64,000 nt of DNA from Paracoccaceae bacterium (GCA_029862205.1 JAOTXT010000019.1:284-64283); one strand, 5' to 3'. Counted from the stretch's first letter, positions 9,022 to 25,648 are shown. Made by a program: numbers and translations. The notes: generated from the sequence alone by a model not told the origin.

Positions 9022-9573
9022 GTGATGGACCGTCTAGAATGGCTAACGTTCGGAAACAACACGCCCGCCAGCCAAGAGAGGCTTGGCGAGCTTGTGCTAT
9101 ATATTGCCGAAAAAACAGAGGACTATGCTGATTTTGGGTCCACCAAGATCAACAAGACACTCTACTACTCCGACTTCGAGAACTTCCGAATTCGCGGCAA
9201 GTCGATCACGGGCGCCCAGTATCAGCGCATCACGCACGGCCCCGCTCCTAAGCACATCGTTTTTGTCGAGGGCCGCCTTAAAGAACACGGTGAGCTTAGG
9301 ATCGACGCGCAGCAAATGACACACAAGAGAGTTGCACTGCGCAAGGCGAATACAACGATCTTTAAGCCTTCGGAATTAGCGCTCATTGACAAGCATATTG
9401 AGCGCCTTAACAGGCAAACAAGCACAGAGGTGAGCAAGGAAAGCCACGACGTTCGCTGGAATATCGTGAACGATGCCGATCTTCTGCCCTATGAGTTCGC
9501 GTTCCTTGACGACACTTATACGAGCGAAGATGAGGCAGAAACCAATCGGCTTGCTAGTGAATTCGAGTGGTAA
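9022..9573 (+). CDS. Panacea/DUF4065 (SocA-like) antitoxin-domain protein
   Basis: KINKTLYYSDF...GKSITGAQY...HGPAP...ESH pattern characteristic of DUF4065. Confidence 0.8.
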   Translation: MMDRLEWLTFGNNTPASQERLGELVLYIAEKTEDYADFGSTKINKTLYYSDFENFRIRGKSITGAQYQRITHGPAPKHIVFVEGRLKEHGELRIDAQQMTHKRVALRKANTTIFKPSELALIDKHIERLNRQTSTEVSKESHDVRWNIVNDADLLPYEFAFLDDTYTSEDEAETNRLASEFEW

Positions 9574-9842
9574 TGGATTATCAGGTCGTTCACGAACAAA
9601 CCTACGATTATGCAATTTCTAGCCTTCCAACCGTCACTTTGCAGCAGGCGGAAGAGGCGGTTGGAGCGATTAGCTATGCACTGAGCCGAAATCCGAAAGG
9701 CTTCCGCAAAGTGCGCGATCCAGATGTTTATCTAGCTAAAATCGCCCCTCGCCCGAGAGATCATTTACCAGGTTTTCGTGTTTGGTTCCGGGTAAGTTCT
9801 GACGATAAACACGTTTACTTACTATATATTAATGAATACTGA
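9573..9842 (+). CDS. Small RelE/ParE-like putative toxin (~89 aa)
   Basis: TAATG overlap with the antitoxin stop. Size and the C-terminal FRVWFRV...VYLLYI pattern resemble RelE/ParE proteins. The ORF track starts it at GTG 9567. Confidence 0.55.
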   Translation: MDYQVVHEQTYDYAISSLPTVTLQQAEEAVGAISYALSRNPKGFRKVRDPDVYLAKIAPRPRDHLPGFRVWFRVSSDDKHVYLLYINEY

Positions 9843-10005
9843 CAAGAAAGATAAGAAAGAACGGTCTCAGCTTGAAAAGTTCAAGCAAGCTGCCCGCGAG
9901 CTTGGCGCGGATCAGGATGAGGCGACCTTCGACCAGGTCATCTGGAAGATGAAGCCCCCGCCCGACAAGGCGGACAAACCGAAGAAGAAAAAGCCCGGTC
10001 AGTGA
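9832..10005 (+). CDS. Small basic IS1595-associated protein (57 aa)
   Basis: Below the ORF-track size. Manual translation MNTDKKDKKERSQLEKFKQAARELGADQDEATFDQVIWKMKPPPDKADKPKKKKPGQ; overlaps the toxin stop by 11 bp. Confidence 0.65.
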   Translation: MNTDKKDKKERSQLEKFKQAARELGADQDEATFDQVIWKMKPPPDKADKPKKKKPGQ

Positions 10006-10015
10006 GCCGGGCTTT
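9990..10015. terminator. Probable bidirectional intrinsic terminator inside the transposon
   Basis: aaagcccgg-tcagtgag-ccgggcttt, with an A-run on the left and a T-rich run on the right, between convergent passenger genes. Confidence 0.7.
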
Positions 10016-10037
10016 CTCTTAGGAGGTAAGGCAAATG

Positions 10038-10322
10038 CTAGTGAGATGTCGGTCGCTTTGGAGGGTTCTTGCGGATGTCTTCGAAAATCTCGTCAACGAC
10101 ACGCGAAAGTCCGCCGTGATAAAATCCCCGGAGCAGTTCCACTGTATTTCGGGCTGCACCGTCGAAGGTGAAATACGGTTTCTCGAACCCGCATCCCTTA
10201 AATCCCGTAAAAGCTCCGCCGCTGTAAATGAAGGTGCATGATCTGAAAATGGTATCCTCGTACTTCATGTCGTCCATCTCGATTTCGCAGTTCTCAAGTT
10301 CGTTCTTGAATTTCTTCGCCAT
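10038..10322 (-). CDS. Hypothetical passenger protein (94 aa)
   Basis: Purine-rich RBS (aggaaggag) upstream; natural composition with periodic Phe/Cys (FRSCTFIYSGG, GCGFEKPYFTF). Confidence 0.7.
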   Translation of the reverse strand: MAKKFKNELENCEIEMDDMKYEDTIFRSCTFIYSGGAFTGFKGCGFEKPYFTFDGAARNTVELLRGFYHGGLSRVVDEIFEDIRKNPPKRPTSH

Positions 10323-10424
10323 CTCGCAAACTCCTTCCTGTCAATACCCATGTAGGTATCTCGGGTTGGGTTTGCAAAGTACATAATCGCCTTAAAATTG
10401 GGTTTGCCAAATATTGCCAAAGGG

Positions 10425-11828
10425 TTACACGATCCGATAGGGCAGGATCCCGCGCCGGTTCGGATCGATGCTCAGCGCCTTCTCGACCGGGGGCACCGAG
10501 CGCTGGTGGCAATTGGTGCGCTCGCAGATGCGGCAGCTGACCCCGATCGGCTCGAAAGCCGCGGCATTCGTTGTGTCCAGATCATCCGCATAGACCAATT
10601 GATCGGCGTATTTCACCTCGCAGCCGAGCGCGATCGCATAGCGCCTTGCGGGCGCGCGGAAATGCCCGCCCGGCTTGATCACATCGCGCGCCAGGCAGAT
10701 GTAGCGAACCCCGTCCGGCGTTTCAGCCAATTGGCGCAGGATGCGGCCTGGCGTCTCGAAGGCCTGATGCACGTTCCAGAGGGGACAGGCGCCACCAAAG
10801 CGCGCGAATTGCAGCCGGGTCGAAGAATGGCGCTTGGTGATGGTGCCTGCCTGATCGACCCTGGCGAAGAAGAACGGGATGCCCTTGTTGCCAGGCCGCT
10901 GCAGGGTCGAGAGCCGGTGCCCGGTCTGTTCGATCGAGGTGCCGAAACGGCCCGCCAGCGCATCCAGATCGTGACGAAGCTCGCGCGCGGCCGTCAGCGT
11001 CGCCTCGTAGGGCAGGATCGCGGCGCCAGCAAAATAATTGGCCAGCCCGATCCGGGCGATCGCACGGGCTTCGGTGCTGCGAAAACGGGCGAGGTCCAGC
11101 GTCGCCTCGATCAGCCCCTCATGGGCGATCAGCGCCACCTGATGGGCAAGCTGGAAGGCGTTGGTCTCGACACTGCCTTCGGCCGGAAGGGTCAGAACTT
11201 TAGCCAGTGGGTCGTAGCGTCGGATCGCGTCGCCCGCGAACTCGGTGCGCACGCCGTGGGTCTCGGCCAGCCAGGCGGTCCCGGCGGCAAGCTTGTCGCG
11301 CCCCTCGAACTGGGCGTTCCGTGAGAACTGCTCGGCGGCGCGGTCGACCGCGTCGATATAATTGTCGCAATAGTGAAAGAAGTCGCGCACCTCTTCCCAA
11401 GGCATCGGCGTCAGGCCGCCGGAGGGGCGGTCGAGCGCCTCGTCCAGGCTCGCGAACCGCTCCTGCCCCGCGCGATAGGCGCGGTGGAGCGCCAGGAAGG
11501 CATGCGCGAGGCCCGGCGCGTTGGTCGCCAGGATCTGCAACTCCGCCCGGCTGTGGGCGGTCTCGCGGAACAGGGGATCGGCCAGGGCCTCGCGCAGGTC
11601 CGCCATCAGACGGTCACCCTCGTCCATCGAGAAGACGGCGACATCGACCCCGAACCGCTCGGCAAGGCCCTGGACCACATCGCGGCTTACGGGTCGGTTG
11701 TTGTTCTCCATCTGGTTCAGATAGCTGAGGCTGACCCCCAGCTCGCGGGCGAATGCGGTCTGGGTCAGGCCCAGGCCGCGGCGGATTTCGCCAAGGCGGG
11801 CGCCAGCGTAGATTTTGCGGGTAGCCAT
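10425..11828 (-). CDS. pccR: Short-chain fatty acyl-CoA regulator (ScfR/PccR family): XRE HTH, IrrE-like domain and C-terminal Cys motif
   Basis: MATRKIYAGARL...GVSLSYLNQMENN; GGACPLWNVH; C-terminal IGVSCRICERTNCHQRS; divergent from pccB. Confidence 0.88.
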   Translation of the reverse strand: MATRKIYAGARLGEIRRGLGLTQTAFARELGVSLSYLNQMENNNRPVSRDVVQGLAERFGVDVAVFSMDEGDRLMADLREALADPLFRETAHSRAELQILATNAPGLAHAFLALHRAYRAGQERFASLDEALDRPSGGLTPMPWEEVRDFFHYCDNYIDAVDRAAEQFSRNAQFEGRDKLAAGTAWLAETHGVRTEFAGDAIRRYDPLAKVLTLPAEGSVETNAFQLAHQVALIAHEGLIEATLDLARFRSTEARAIARIGLANYFAGAAILPYEATLTAARELRHDLDALAGRFGTSIEQTGHRLSTLQRPGNKGIPFFFARVDQAGTITKRHSSTRLQFARFGGACPLWNVHQAFETPGRILRQLAETPDGVRYICLARDVIKPGGHFRAPARRYAIALGCEVKYADQLVYADDLDTTNAAAFEPIGVSCRICERTNCHQRSVPPVEKALSIDPNRRGILPYRIV

Positions 11829-11857
11829 GGGTGTCGCCCCCCAATCCATAACGGCTA

Positions 11858-11904
11858 TTCGCAGTTTCGCAAAAAACTTTCGCAAATTCTATAGCCTTTG
11901 CAGG
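11858..11904. promoter_or_regulatory. Probable PccR operator (repeated TTCGCAAA/TTTGCA)
   Basis: TTCGCAAA at 11866-11873 and 11879-11886 plus weaker copies, between pccR and pccB. Resembles the TTTGCAAA-Xn-TTTGCAAA motif known for this family. Confidence 0.55.
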
Positions 11905-11950
11905 CCCGTCCCGCCAAAACAGCGTTAACGACATCCCTGGGGAGGGAATC

Positions 11951-13483
11951 ATGAAGGACATCCTCGACCAACTGGAGACCCGGCGCGCCGGGGCGAAGGC
12001 CGGTGGCGGCCAGCGCCGGATCGAGGCGCAGCACGCCAAGGGCAAGCTGACCGCGCGGGAACGCATCGAGCTGCTGCTCGACGAGGGCAGCTTCGAGGAA
12101 TTCGACATGTTCGTCGCCCATCGCTGCACCGATTTCGGCATGGACGAGGTCAAGATGCCCGGCGACGGCGTGGTGACCGGCTGGGGGACGGTCAACGGGC
12201 GCCAGGTCTATGTATTCAGCCAGGATTTCACGGTCTTCGGCGGCTCTCTGTCGGAAACCCATGCCCAGAAGATCTGCAAGATCATGGACATGGCGATGAA
12301 GGTCGGCGCGCCGGTCATCGGCCTGAACGATTCCGGTGGCGCGCGCATCCAGGAGGGCGTCGCCTCGCTGGCCGGCTACGCGGATGTCTTCCAGCGCAAC
12401 ATCCTGGCCTCGGGCGTCATTCCGCAAATCAGCGTCATCATGGGGCCCTGCGCGGGCGGCGCGGTCTATTCGCCCGCGATGACCGACTTCATCTTCATGG
12501 TGCGGGATTCCAGCTACATGTTCGTGACCGGACCGGACGTGGTGAAGACGGTGACGAACGAGATCGTCACGGCCGAGGAACTGGGCGGGGCCAAGACCCA
12601 CACCTCGAAATCGTCGGTCGCCGACGGTGCCTTCGAGAACGATGTCGAGGCGCTGGCCGAGGTCCGGCGGCTGATCGACTTTCTGCCCTTATCCAATCGC
12701 GAGGGCGCGCCGGAGCGGCCGTTCTTCGATGCGCCCGATCGGGTGGAGATGTCGCTGGACAGCCTGATCCCGGAGAACCCGAACCAGCCCTATGACATGC
12801 ACGAGGTGATCCGGAAAACCGCGGATGAAGGCGATTTCTACGAGATCCAAAAGGACTTCGCGAAGAACATCCTGACGGGCTTCATCCGGCTGGAGGGGCA
12901 GAGTGTGGGCGTGGTCGCGAACCAGCCGATGGTGCTGGCCGGCTGTTTGGACATCGACTCAAGCCGCAAGGCGGCGCGGTTCGTGCGCTTCTGCGACGCC
13001 TTCTCGATCCCGATCCTGACCCTGGTGGACGTGCCCGGCTTCCTGCCAGGGACCGGCCAGGAATATGGCGGCGTGATCAAGCACGGGGCAAAGCTGCTGT
13101 TCGCTTATGGCGAGGCGACGGTGCCGAAGGTGACTGTGATCACCCGCAAGGCCTATGGCGGGGCCTACGACGTGATGAGCTCGAAGCACCTGCGCGGCGA
13201 CATCAACTATGCCTGGCCCACCGCCGAGATCGCGGTGATGGGCGCCAAGGGGGCAGTCGAGATCCTTTATCGCGCCGAGCTGGGCGATGCCGACAAGATC
13301 GCGGCGCATACGAAGGAATACGAGGACCGCTTCGCCAACCCCTTCGTCGCCGCCGAAAAGGGCTTCATCGACGAGGTGATCACGCCGCACTCGACCAGGC
13401 GCCGGGTCGCCCGGGCGTTTGCGGCGCTAAGGGGCAAGCAGCTCGAGAACCCGTGGAAGAAGCATGACAATATTCCATTGTGA
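11951..13483 (+). CDS. pccB: Propionyl-CoA carboxylase beta subunit
   Basis: [49 protein letters not shown]-terminal KKHDNIPL. Confidence 0.97.
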   Translation: MKDILDQLETRRAGAKAGGGQRRIEAQHAKGKLTARERIELLLDEGSFEEFDMFVAHRCTDFGMDEVKMPGDGVVTGWGTVNGRQVYVFSQDFTVFGGSLSETHAQKICKIMDMAMKVGAPVIGLNDSGGARIQEGVASLAGYADVFQRNILASGVIPQISVIMGPCAGGAVYSPAMTDFIFMVRDSSYMFVTGPDVVKTVTNEIVTAEELGGAKTHTSKSSVADGAFENDVEALAEVRRLIDFLPLSNREGAPERPFFDAPDRVEMSLDSLIPENPNQPYDMHEVIRKTADEGDFYEIQKDFAKNILTGFIRLEGQSVGVVANQPMVLAGCLDIDSSRKAARFVRFCDAFSIPILTLVDVPGFLPGTGQEYGGVIKHGAKLLFAYGEATVPKVTVITRKAYGGAYDVMSSKHLRGDINYAWPTAEIAVMGAKGAVEILYRAELGDADKIAAHTKEYEDRFANPFVAAEKGFIDEVITPHSTRRRVARAFAALRGKQLENPWKKHDNIPL

Positions 13484-13490
13484 GGGCCTG

Positions 13491-13910
13491 ATGCGCACAC
13501 CTGCTCTCGTCTTGGTCAGCCTGTTCGTGTGTGCCGCTCCCGCGGTCGCCGAGGTCTCCGACGATCAGATCGCCGGCTGGGCCGATGTCGTGCTGGACGA
13601 CATCGCCATCACCAGTGCCGAGGATATCCAGCGCCGGGTCAGCGCGTGCTATGCGGAGGTCTATGACGGCGCCAGCGATCTGGTCGAGCGGTGCACCACC
13701 ATGCATTTCACCGCCTCGATCATCGAGCAGGAGATGGCGCGCACGATGAACATGGAAGTGAGCGAGCTCTACCGGAACGAGATCATGGCCGGGATCATTG
13801 CCACCCATTTCGAGCGGGCGGGTAAATCGGTCGAATACCGCAATGCCTTCGCGCCGCGGGCGATCGGGATCATTCACGGGCGGATGCGCGCATGGATGGA
13901 GCGGCAATGA
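13491..13910 (+). CDS. Secreted hypothetical protein
   Basis: Signal-peptide-like N terminus MRTPALVLVSLFVCAAPAVA. Confidence 0.7.
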   Translation: MRTPALVLVSLFVCAAPAVAEVSDDQIAGWADVVLDDIAITSAEDIQRRVSACYAEVYDGASDLVERCTTMHFTASIIEQEMARTMNMEVSELYRNEIMAGIIATHFERAGKSVEYRNAFAPRAIGIIHGRMRAWMERQ

Positions 13911-14048
13911 GACCAGAGCGACCAATTTGCGAATGCCGTGCAGGAATGTTTCAATGAATCAACAAGTTCCGGGCCTCAACTGTTTTTCTGGTTCGATCCC
14001 CCCTATCTTTGGTAAACTCGAGGGAATATTGAGCGAGGAGAAACTGAG

Positions 14049-14270
14049 ATGCGACTTACTGTTCTGCTTACGGCGGGCGCGCTTACCCTGGCGGCCTGTA
14101 GCTCGGATCCGGGCACCCGCGCGCTCGAGGGGGGCGCCATCGGTGCCGGTGTCGGTGCGCTCGGCACCGCTGTTGTCGGTGGGCCGGTGGTCGCCGGCGC
14201 GGTCGTCGGCGCGGCGGCCGGTGCGGTTACCGGTGCCATCACCAGCGAGAACCAGATCGACCTCGACTGA
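14049..14270 (+). CDS. Small glycine-zipper lipoprotein
   Basis: Lipobox LAAC; GxxxG repeats (GGAIGAGVGA...GAVVGAAAGAVTG). Confidence 0.85.
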   Translation: MRLTVLLTAGALTLAACSSDPGTRALEGGAIGAGVGALGTAVVGGPVVAGAVVGAAAGAVTGAITSENQIDLD

Positions 14271-14327
14271 TCGCCGCGAGGCGGTCTCTGGGGCGACCAG
14301 TCAAATCACTGATACGGGGGGCCGCCC

Positions 14328-14735
14328 GTGAGCGGCCCCCTGTTCCATATGATCTCGGGCGGGCCCAGGCCGGTCGCGCCCTTCTCTCACGCGGTCGAGA
14401 GTGACGGCTGGGTACTGCTGACCGGGCAGATGCCCACTGACCCTGCCGCACCCGACGCCCCCCTGCCCCATGGCATCGAGGCGCAGACCCGCCGGGTCAT
14501 CGAGAACTTGGAAGTTGTGCTGAGGGGCCTGGACCTGGACCTCTCCCACGTCCTGCAATGCCGCTGTTACCTGACCGAGTTCGAACGCGACTACGCGGTC
14601 TTCAATGAAACCTACCAAAGCTATTTCCCGCCCGACCGCCGCCCGGCGCGCACCACCGTGGGCGTGACCGCGCTGGCCGTCGGCGCGCTGGTCGAGATCG
14701 ACATGGTCGCGAAGCGGCCGGGGGGCGGACGATGA
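14328..14735 (+). CDS. RidA/YjgF family protein
   Basis: PFSHAV, LLTGQMP, FNETY..YF...RPARTTVGV..L..GALVEID. Confidence 0.92.
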   Translation: MSGPLFHMISGGPRPVAPFSHAVESDGWVLLTGQMPTDPAAPDAPLPHGIEAQTRRVIENLEVVLRGLDLDLSHVLQCRCYLTEFERDYAVFNETYQSYFPPDRRPARTTVGVTALAVGALVEIDMVAKRPGGGR

Positions 14736-14847
14736 GGGTGTATGCAGACCAATGCCCCGGCCCCCGAGCCGGGGCCTCGCGCCGCTGCGCGCTGTCCGCC
14801 GAGGCCCCGGATCAGGTCCGGGGCATTAGGCAACAGGGAGTAGGATC

Positions 14848-15261
14848 ATGAACAAGCTCTGGAAAGGCCAGGCCTTCACCATCGCCCATGCGGACGAGGG
14901 CAAGTTCGAAGGCCAGGGCCTGCGCGCCTTTTTCGAATACCGGCAATTGGGCATCCGCGAGGCGACTGGCGGCAAGTATGGTGCCCATGTGATCCGCGCC
15001 GTGCCCGGGCGGCACTCCGAGGGCGCCTGGCACACCCACGATCTGGACTTCCAAATGGTCTACGTGACCCGCGGCTGGGTGGTCTTCGAGTATGAGGGGC
15101 CTGAAAACACGACGCACGAGCATATTCTGCGCGCCGGCTCCTGCGTGTTGCAGCCGCCCGGCATCCGCCACCGCGAGGTCAAGCATTCGGACGACATGGA
15201 GCTAATCGAGATCACCTCGCCCGCCGAATTCGCGACCGAGAGCGTGGACGCACCAGAGTAA
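14848..15261 (+). CDS. Cupin-domain protein
   Basis: WHTHDLDFQMVYV and QPPGIRHRE cupin motifs. Confidence 0.85.
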   Translation: MNKLWKGQAFTIAHADEGKFEGQGLRAFFEYRQLGIREATGGKYGAHVIRAVPGRHSEGAWHTHDLDFQMVYVTRGWVVFEYEGPENTTHEHILRAGSCVLQPPGIRHREVKHSDDMELIEITSPAEFATESVDAPE

Positions 15262-15279
15262 AACGAAAAGGGACAGGGC

Positions 15280-17280
<2,001 letters not shown>

Positions 17281-17315
17281 CCCCTACCCTGGCATATTCC
17301 CCCGCACTCGCGTTT

Positions 17316-17933
17316 TCATTGGACGGCCAGCTTTTCGGTCTGCCGCAAGACCATCGTGACCCGGGACTGGAGCGCGAGGGCGGAATAGACCGCCGTTGCC
17401 AGCGCGACCATATAGACGGTGACCAGCAGCGCGACCAGTGTCGGCCAATCCGCCGTCTTGAAGGTCACGGAGGCGCCCAAGAGCAGGGCCAGGCTCCAGC
17501 CCGACATGGACATCGCCGCGCAGACCGCCAGCACCAGCTTGTCGCCGAGGCTGGTTTCCATCAGGGTCACTCCCTCGGCCCGCGCGATGATCGGCATGAC
17601 CTGCCATTTGACCACCACTGCCGTGATCGTCAGCAGCGAGACGACGGTCAGCTTTGCCGCCAGTTTGGGCGTGAAGTTGGCCGGGTCGAATCCGGTCCTG
17701 ATTGCGATCAGAACGATCCCGGTCACCCAGGCGGCCAAGATCGCGGGCATCATGATCCGGTGCGCACTCTCGATCGCCCTGCAGTATTCGCTGCTGATCC
17801 GGCGCTCGACCCGCCTGAGCGTCATGATGTCGGTCGAAACCATGGTGCCGAGGCCGACGGCCATCGCCATCAGATGCGCCAACCGCACCAGGTCGGTTCC
17901 CATGGTCAGGACGGATTCGGGGATGCCGAACAT
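17316..17933 (-). CDS. Hypothetical multi-pass membrane protein (205 aa)
   Basis: About five hydrophobic segments; GC3-rich codons. Confidence 0.7.
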   Translation of the reverse strand: MFGIPESVLTMGTDLVRLAHLMAMAVGLGTMVSTDIMTLRRVERRISSEYCRAIESAHRIMMPAILAAWVTGIVLIAIRTGFDPANFTPKLAAKLTVVSLLTITAVVVKWQVMPIIARAEGVTLMETSLGDKLVLAVCAAMSMSGWSLALLLGASVTFKTADWPTLVALLVTVYMVALATAVYSALALQSRVTMVLRQTEKLAVQ

Positions 17934-18217
17934 GATCGCGTCTCCTCCTTATTGCGGCACATTGGCCGGTCTCGCCGGATGACCCGGCTTGTCGTTTTAC
18001 GGGAAGGCCAAGTAGCGCACCGCGGGGCGGAAGAATTGGCGCGACAGCGCCAGGCCCCAGGATCGACACGACGTAAGGGATACGCGAACCCTGATGTCCG
18101 GATCATACCCTGGAATCGTTGTTCTGCAAAACGGGATTTTACATTTTTATGTGATAAATCATATGTTTACTCACGTAACGGTTGTATTAGGTCAGGCCAC
18201 GAAACGCGGAGGAAGAA

Positions 18218-19057
18218 ATGACCAATGCCGCTGACCTGCAGGCCGCCGCGACAGTCCGTTTCGGCGAAGGCCCGGCCATCAGCGCTGAGGGGCTCGATGG
18301 CGCCGCGCGCGATGGCCTGCACCGACTGATCGACCGGCGGTCCTGTCGTGACTATGCAGAACGGGCGGTGCCGGAGGGACTGGTCAGCTTGTTGATCGCG
18401 GCGGGGCTGTCGGCACCGACAAAGAGCGACCTGCAGCAGGCGGATGTGGTCTGGGTCCGAGACCGGGCGCTGCGTGCTGAGTTGATGACCGACGTGCCCG
18501 GTGCCGATTGGATCGCGAAGGCTCCCGTCTTTCTTGTCGTCTGCGGGAACGGCGCGCGTTTCGCCTCGCTCTTCGAAGGCAGGGACTTCGTGAACAACCA
18601 TTTCGACGCGTTGTTCAATGCCATCGGCGATGCGGCCATCGTACTCGAAGGGATCGTCGCGGCGGCGGCCATAGCGGGGCTCGGCACTTGCCCGATCAGC
18701 CAGATCCGCAATAGGGCGCGCGAGGTGAGCCGGCTGCTCGATCTACCTGACCGGGTCTTCCCGTTTGCCGGTGTTTGTCTCGGGCACCCTGCCCATGAAG
18801 CCTCCGTCAGTCCGCGATTGGATTTGGGCATGACAGTTCACCAAGACCGCTACGACACGGACGCCTTCCAGCGCCTGGCCCCGGGCTACGACACCCGGCG
18901 CAACGTGGCCAAGCCGTTCGCGCGCCAGCGCGCGGCCGAACGCTTTGGCACCGACCCCGACTACGGCTGGCGCGAGGACAAACGCCGGCAATACAGCACA
19001 CCGGAACGCGCCGATTTCGGCGCCTATCTGCGAGACTTAGGCTTCGCGTTCGACTGA
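18218..19057 (+). CDS. Nitroreductase family flavin oxidoreductase (NfsA/Frp-like)
   Basis: [50 protein letters not shown]. Confidence 0.88.
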   Translation: MTNAADLQAAATVRFGEGPAISAEGLDGAARDGLHRLIDRRSCRDYAERAVPEGLVSLLIAAGLSAPTKSDLQQADVVWVRDRALRAELMTDVPGADWIAKAPVFLVVCGNGARFASLFEGRDFVNNHFDALFNAIGDAAIVLEGIVAAAAIAGLGTCPISQIRNRAREVSRLLDLPDRVFPFAGVCLGHPAHEASVSPRLDLGMTVHQDRYDTDAFQRLAPGYDTRRNVAKPFARQRAAERFGTDPDYGWREDKRRQYSTPERADFGAYLRDLGFAFD

Positions 19058-19085
19058 CCGCAGCCGGACGCCTGTGAAGGAGGCG

Positions 19086-21236
<2,151 letters not shown>

Positions 21237-21320
21237 GTGGCGCTTCTGACTCAACGCAACGGCCGGGTCCGCTATGCTGAGACGGAATAACGAGAAAAGC
21301 CGGTCGGGGAGGCCAGCAAG

Positions 21321-23615
<2,295 letters not shown>

Positions 23616-23696
23616 GGTCCAAATGGGCCCAAGGAAAATCGAGGGGAAATCCTCGGACGATCACGGGGCGGCGCCCCAGGGACAGGAGACGAAGTG

Positions 23697-25595
23697 ATGA
23701 CGAGCTACAAGGAGATCTACGAGGGCTGGAGGGCGGATCCAGAGGCCTTCTGGATGAGGGCGGCGGAAGCGGTCGACTGGATCGAGAAGCCAACCCGTGC
23801 CCTCGACGACAGCGCAGCGCCCATGTATCGCTGGTTCTCGGACGGGGTTTGCAACACTTGCTACAACGCGGTCGACCGGCATGTAGAGCGCGGCCGCGGC
23901 GACCAGCCGGCGCTGATCCATGACAGCCCGATCACCGGCTCGAAATCGGTCCTCACCTATGCTGAGTTGAAGGACAAGGTCGCCCGGCTCGCCGGGGCGA
24001 TGACCCGGGCCGGCATCGAGAAGGGCGACCGCGTCATCGTCTACATGCCGATGGTGCCCGAAGCTGCAATCGCCATGCTTGCCTGCGCCCGGATCGGCGC
24101 GATCCACTCGGTGGTGTTCGGCGGCTTCGCGGCAAACGAATTGGCCGTGCGCCTGGACGACGCGACGCCGAAGGCGATCCTGGCCGCCTCCTGCGGGATC
24201 GAGCCGGGACGGGTGGTCAAATACAAGCCCCTGATCGATGCCGCGATCGAGCAAGCCAGCCACAAACCGGGCTTGGTCGTCATGCTCCAACGTCCGCAGG
24301 AAGAGGCATCCTTGGTTGAAGGCCGCGACGCGGAATGGGAGGCGTTCCAGGAAGGCGCCGAGCCCGCGGATTGCGTGCCCGTCAGGGGCGACGACCCGCT
24401 CTACATCCTCTACACCTCCGGCACCACGGGCCAGCCCAAGGGAGTGATCCGCCCGAACGCGGGCCACATGGTGGCGCTGATCTGGACCATGAAAAACCTC
24501 TACGGCGTCGACCCGGGCGAGGTCTTCTGGGCCGCGTCGGATGTGGGCTGGGTCGTCGGCCATTCCTACATCGTCTACGCGCCGCTTCTGACCGGGAACA
24601 CCTCGATCCTCTTCGAGGGCAAGCCGGTCGGCACGCCGGATGCCGGCACGTTCTGGCGCGTCATCTCCGAGCATGACGTCAAGGCGCTGTTCACCGCGCC
24701 CACCGCCTTCCGGGCGATCAAACGCGAGGACCCGAACGGCGAATTCGTGCGCAAATATGACCTGTCGGGCTTTCGCACCCTGTTCCTGGCGGGCGAGCGG
24801 GCCGATCCGGCGACCATCGAATGGGCCGAGGCTCAATTGGGCGTGCCGGTGATCGACCACTGGTGGCAGACCGAGACCGGCTGGGCGATCGCTGGAAACC
24901 CAATGGGGATCGAGCACATGCCTGTAAAGCTGGGCTCACCCACGGTGGCGATGCCGGGATACGACATTCAAATCCTCGACGACGGAGGAAATCCGGTCGC
25001 CGCGGGTGAACTTGGTGCCATCGCTGTGAAGCTGCCCTTGCCTCCAGGCTGCCTGCCGACGCTCTGGAACGCTGACGAGCGGTTCCTCAAGAGCTATCTC
25101 GACACCTTCCCCGGCTATTACGAGACCGGGGACGCGGGGATGATGGACGAGGACGGCTACGTCTACATCATGGCGCGCACCGATGACGTGATCAACGTCG
25201 CCGGGCACCGCCTTTCGACTGGAGGGATGGAAGAGGTCTTGGCCGGGCACCCCGATGTGGCCGAGTGCGCCGTGATCGGGATCTCGGACGATCTGAAGGG
25301 GCAGCTTCCGCTCGGGTTGCTCTGCCTCAATGCCGGCTGCAACCGGCCGCACGATGAGATCGCCAAGGAATGCGTTGCCCGGGTGCGCCAGGAGATCGGC
25401 CCTGTGGCCGCGTTCAAGCTGGCCTGCGTTGTCGACCGGCTACCCAAGACCCGGTCGGGCAAGATCTTGCGCGGGACCATGGTCAAGATCGCCGATGGCG
25501 AGGCGTACAAGATGCCCGCGACGATCGACGACCCGGCGATCCTGGACGAGATCACGCAAGCTCTTTCCGGGATCGGATACCCCGCGAAAGCGTAG
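23697..25595 (+). CDS. prpE: Propionyl-CoA synthetase
   Basis: YTSGTTGQPKG, DHWWQTETG, RLPKTRSGKILRG; lies in the propionate cluster. Confidence 0.9.
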   Translation: MTSYKEIYEGWRADPEAFWMRAAEAVDWIEKPTRALDDSAAPMYRWFSDGVCNTCYNAVDRHVERGRGDQPALIHDSPITGSKSVLTYAELKDKVARLAGAMTRAGIEKGDRVIVYMPMVPEAAIAMLACARIGAIHSVVFGGFAANELAVRLDDATPKAILAASCGIEPGRVVKYKPLIDAAIEQASHKPGLVVMLQRPQEEASLVEGRDAEWEAFQEGAEPADCVPVRGDDPLYILYTSGTTGQPKGVIRPNAGHMVALIWTMKNLYGVDPGEVFWAASDVGWVVGHSYIVYAPLLTGNTSILFEGKPVGTPDAGTFWRVISEHDVKALFTAPTAFRAIKREDPNGEFVRKYDLSGFRTLFLAGERADPATIEWAEAQLGVPVIDHWWQTETGWAIAGNPMGIEHMPVKLGSPTVAMPGYDIQILDDGGNPVAAGELGAIAVKLPLPPGCLPTLWNADERFLKSYLDTFPGYYETGDAGMMDEDGYVYIMARTDDVINVAGHRLSTGGMEEVLAGHPDVAECAVIGISDDLKGQLPLGLLCLNAGCNRPHDEIAKECVARVRQEIGPVAAFKLACVVDRLPKTRSGKILRGTMVKIADGEAYKMPATIDDPAILDEITQALSGIGYPAKA

Positions 25596-25619
25596 GAGAG
25601 CGCGTCCGGACAATGGGGC

Positions 25620-25648
25620 TTGCGCCGGCGGGTAACCCGCCGGCGCAA
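25620..25648 (+). terminator. Intrinsic terminator after prpE
   Basis: ttgcgccggcggg-taa-cccgccggcgcaa (13-bp stem) followed by tttcatttt. Confidence 0.75.

Larger units (their letters stand above)
7936..10391 (+). mobile_element. IS1595-family transposon with passenger genes, 2,456 bp
   Basis: IRL ggcgtatatataccttgcaaaccc (7936-7959) matches the reverse complement of IRR (10368-10391), ggcgattatgtactttgcaaaccc, at 20 of 24 positions. 8-bp direct repeat TTAAAATT at 7928-7935 and 10392-10399. Interior is more AT-rich than the flanks. Confidence 0.93.

Noticed and set aside
18110-18200. AT-rich divergent spacer as an FNR/CRP site
   Set aside because: The spacing of the half-sites does not fit TTGAT-N4-ATCAA or TGTGA-N6-TCACA; it is probably an ordinary promoter region.
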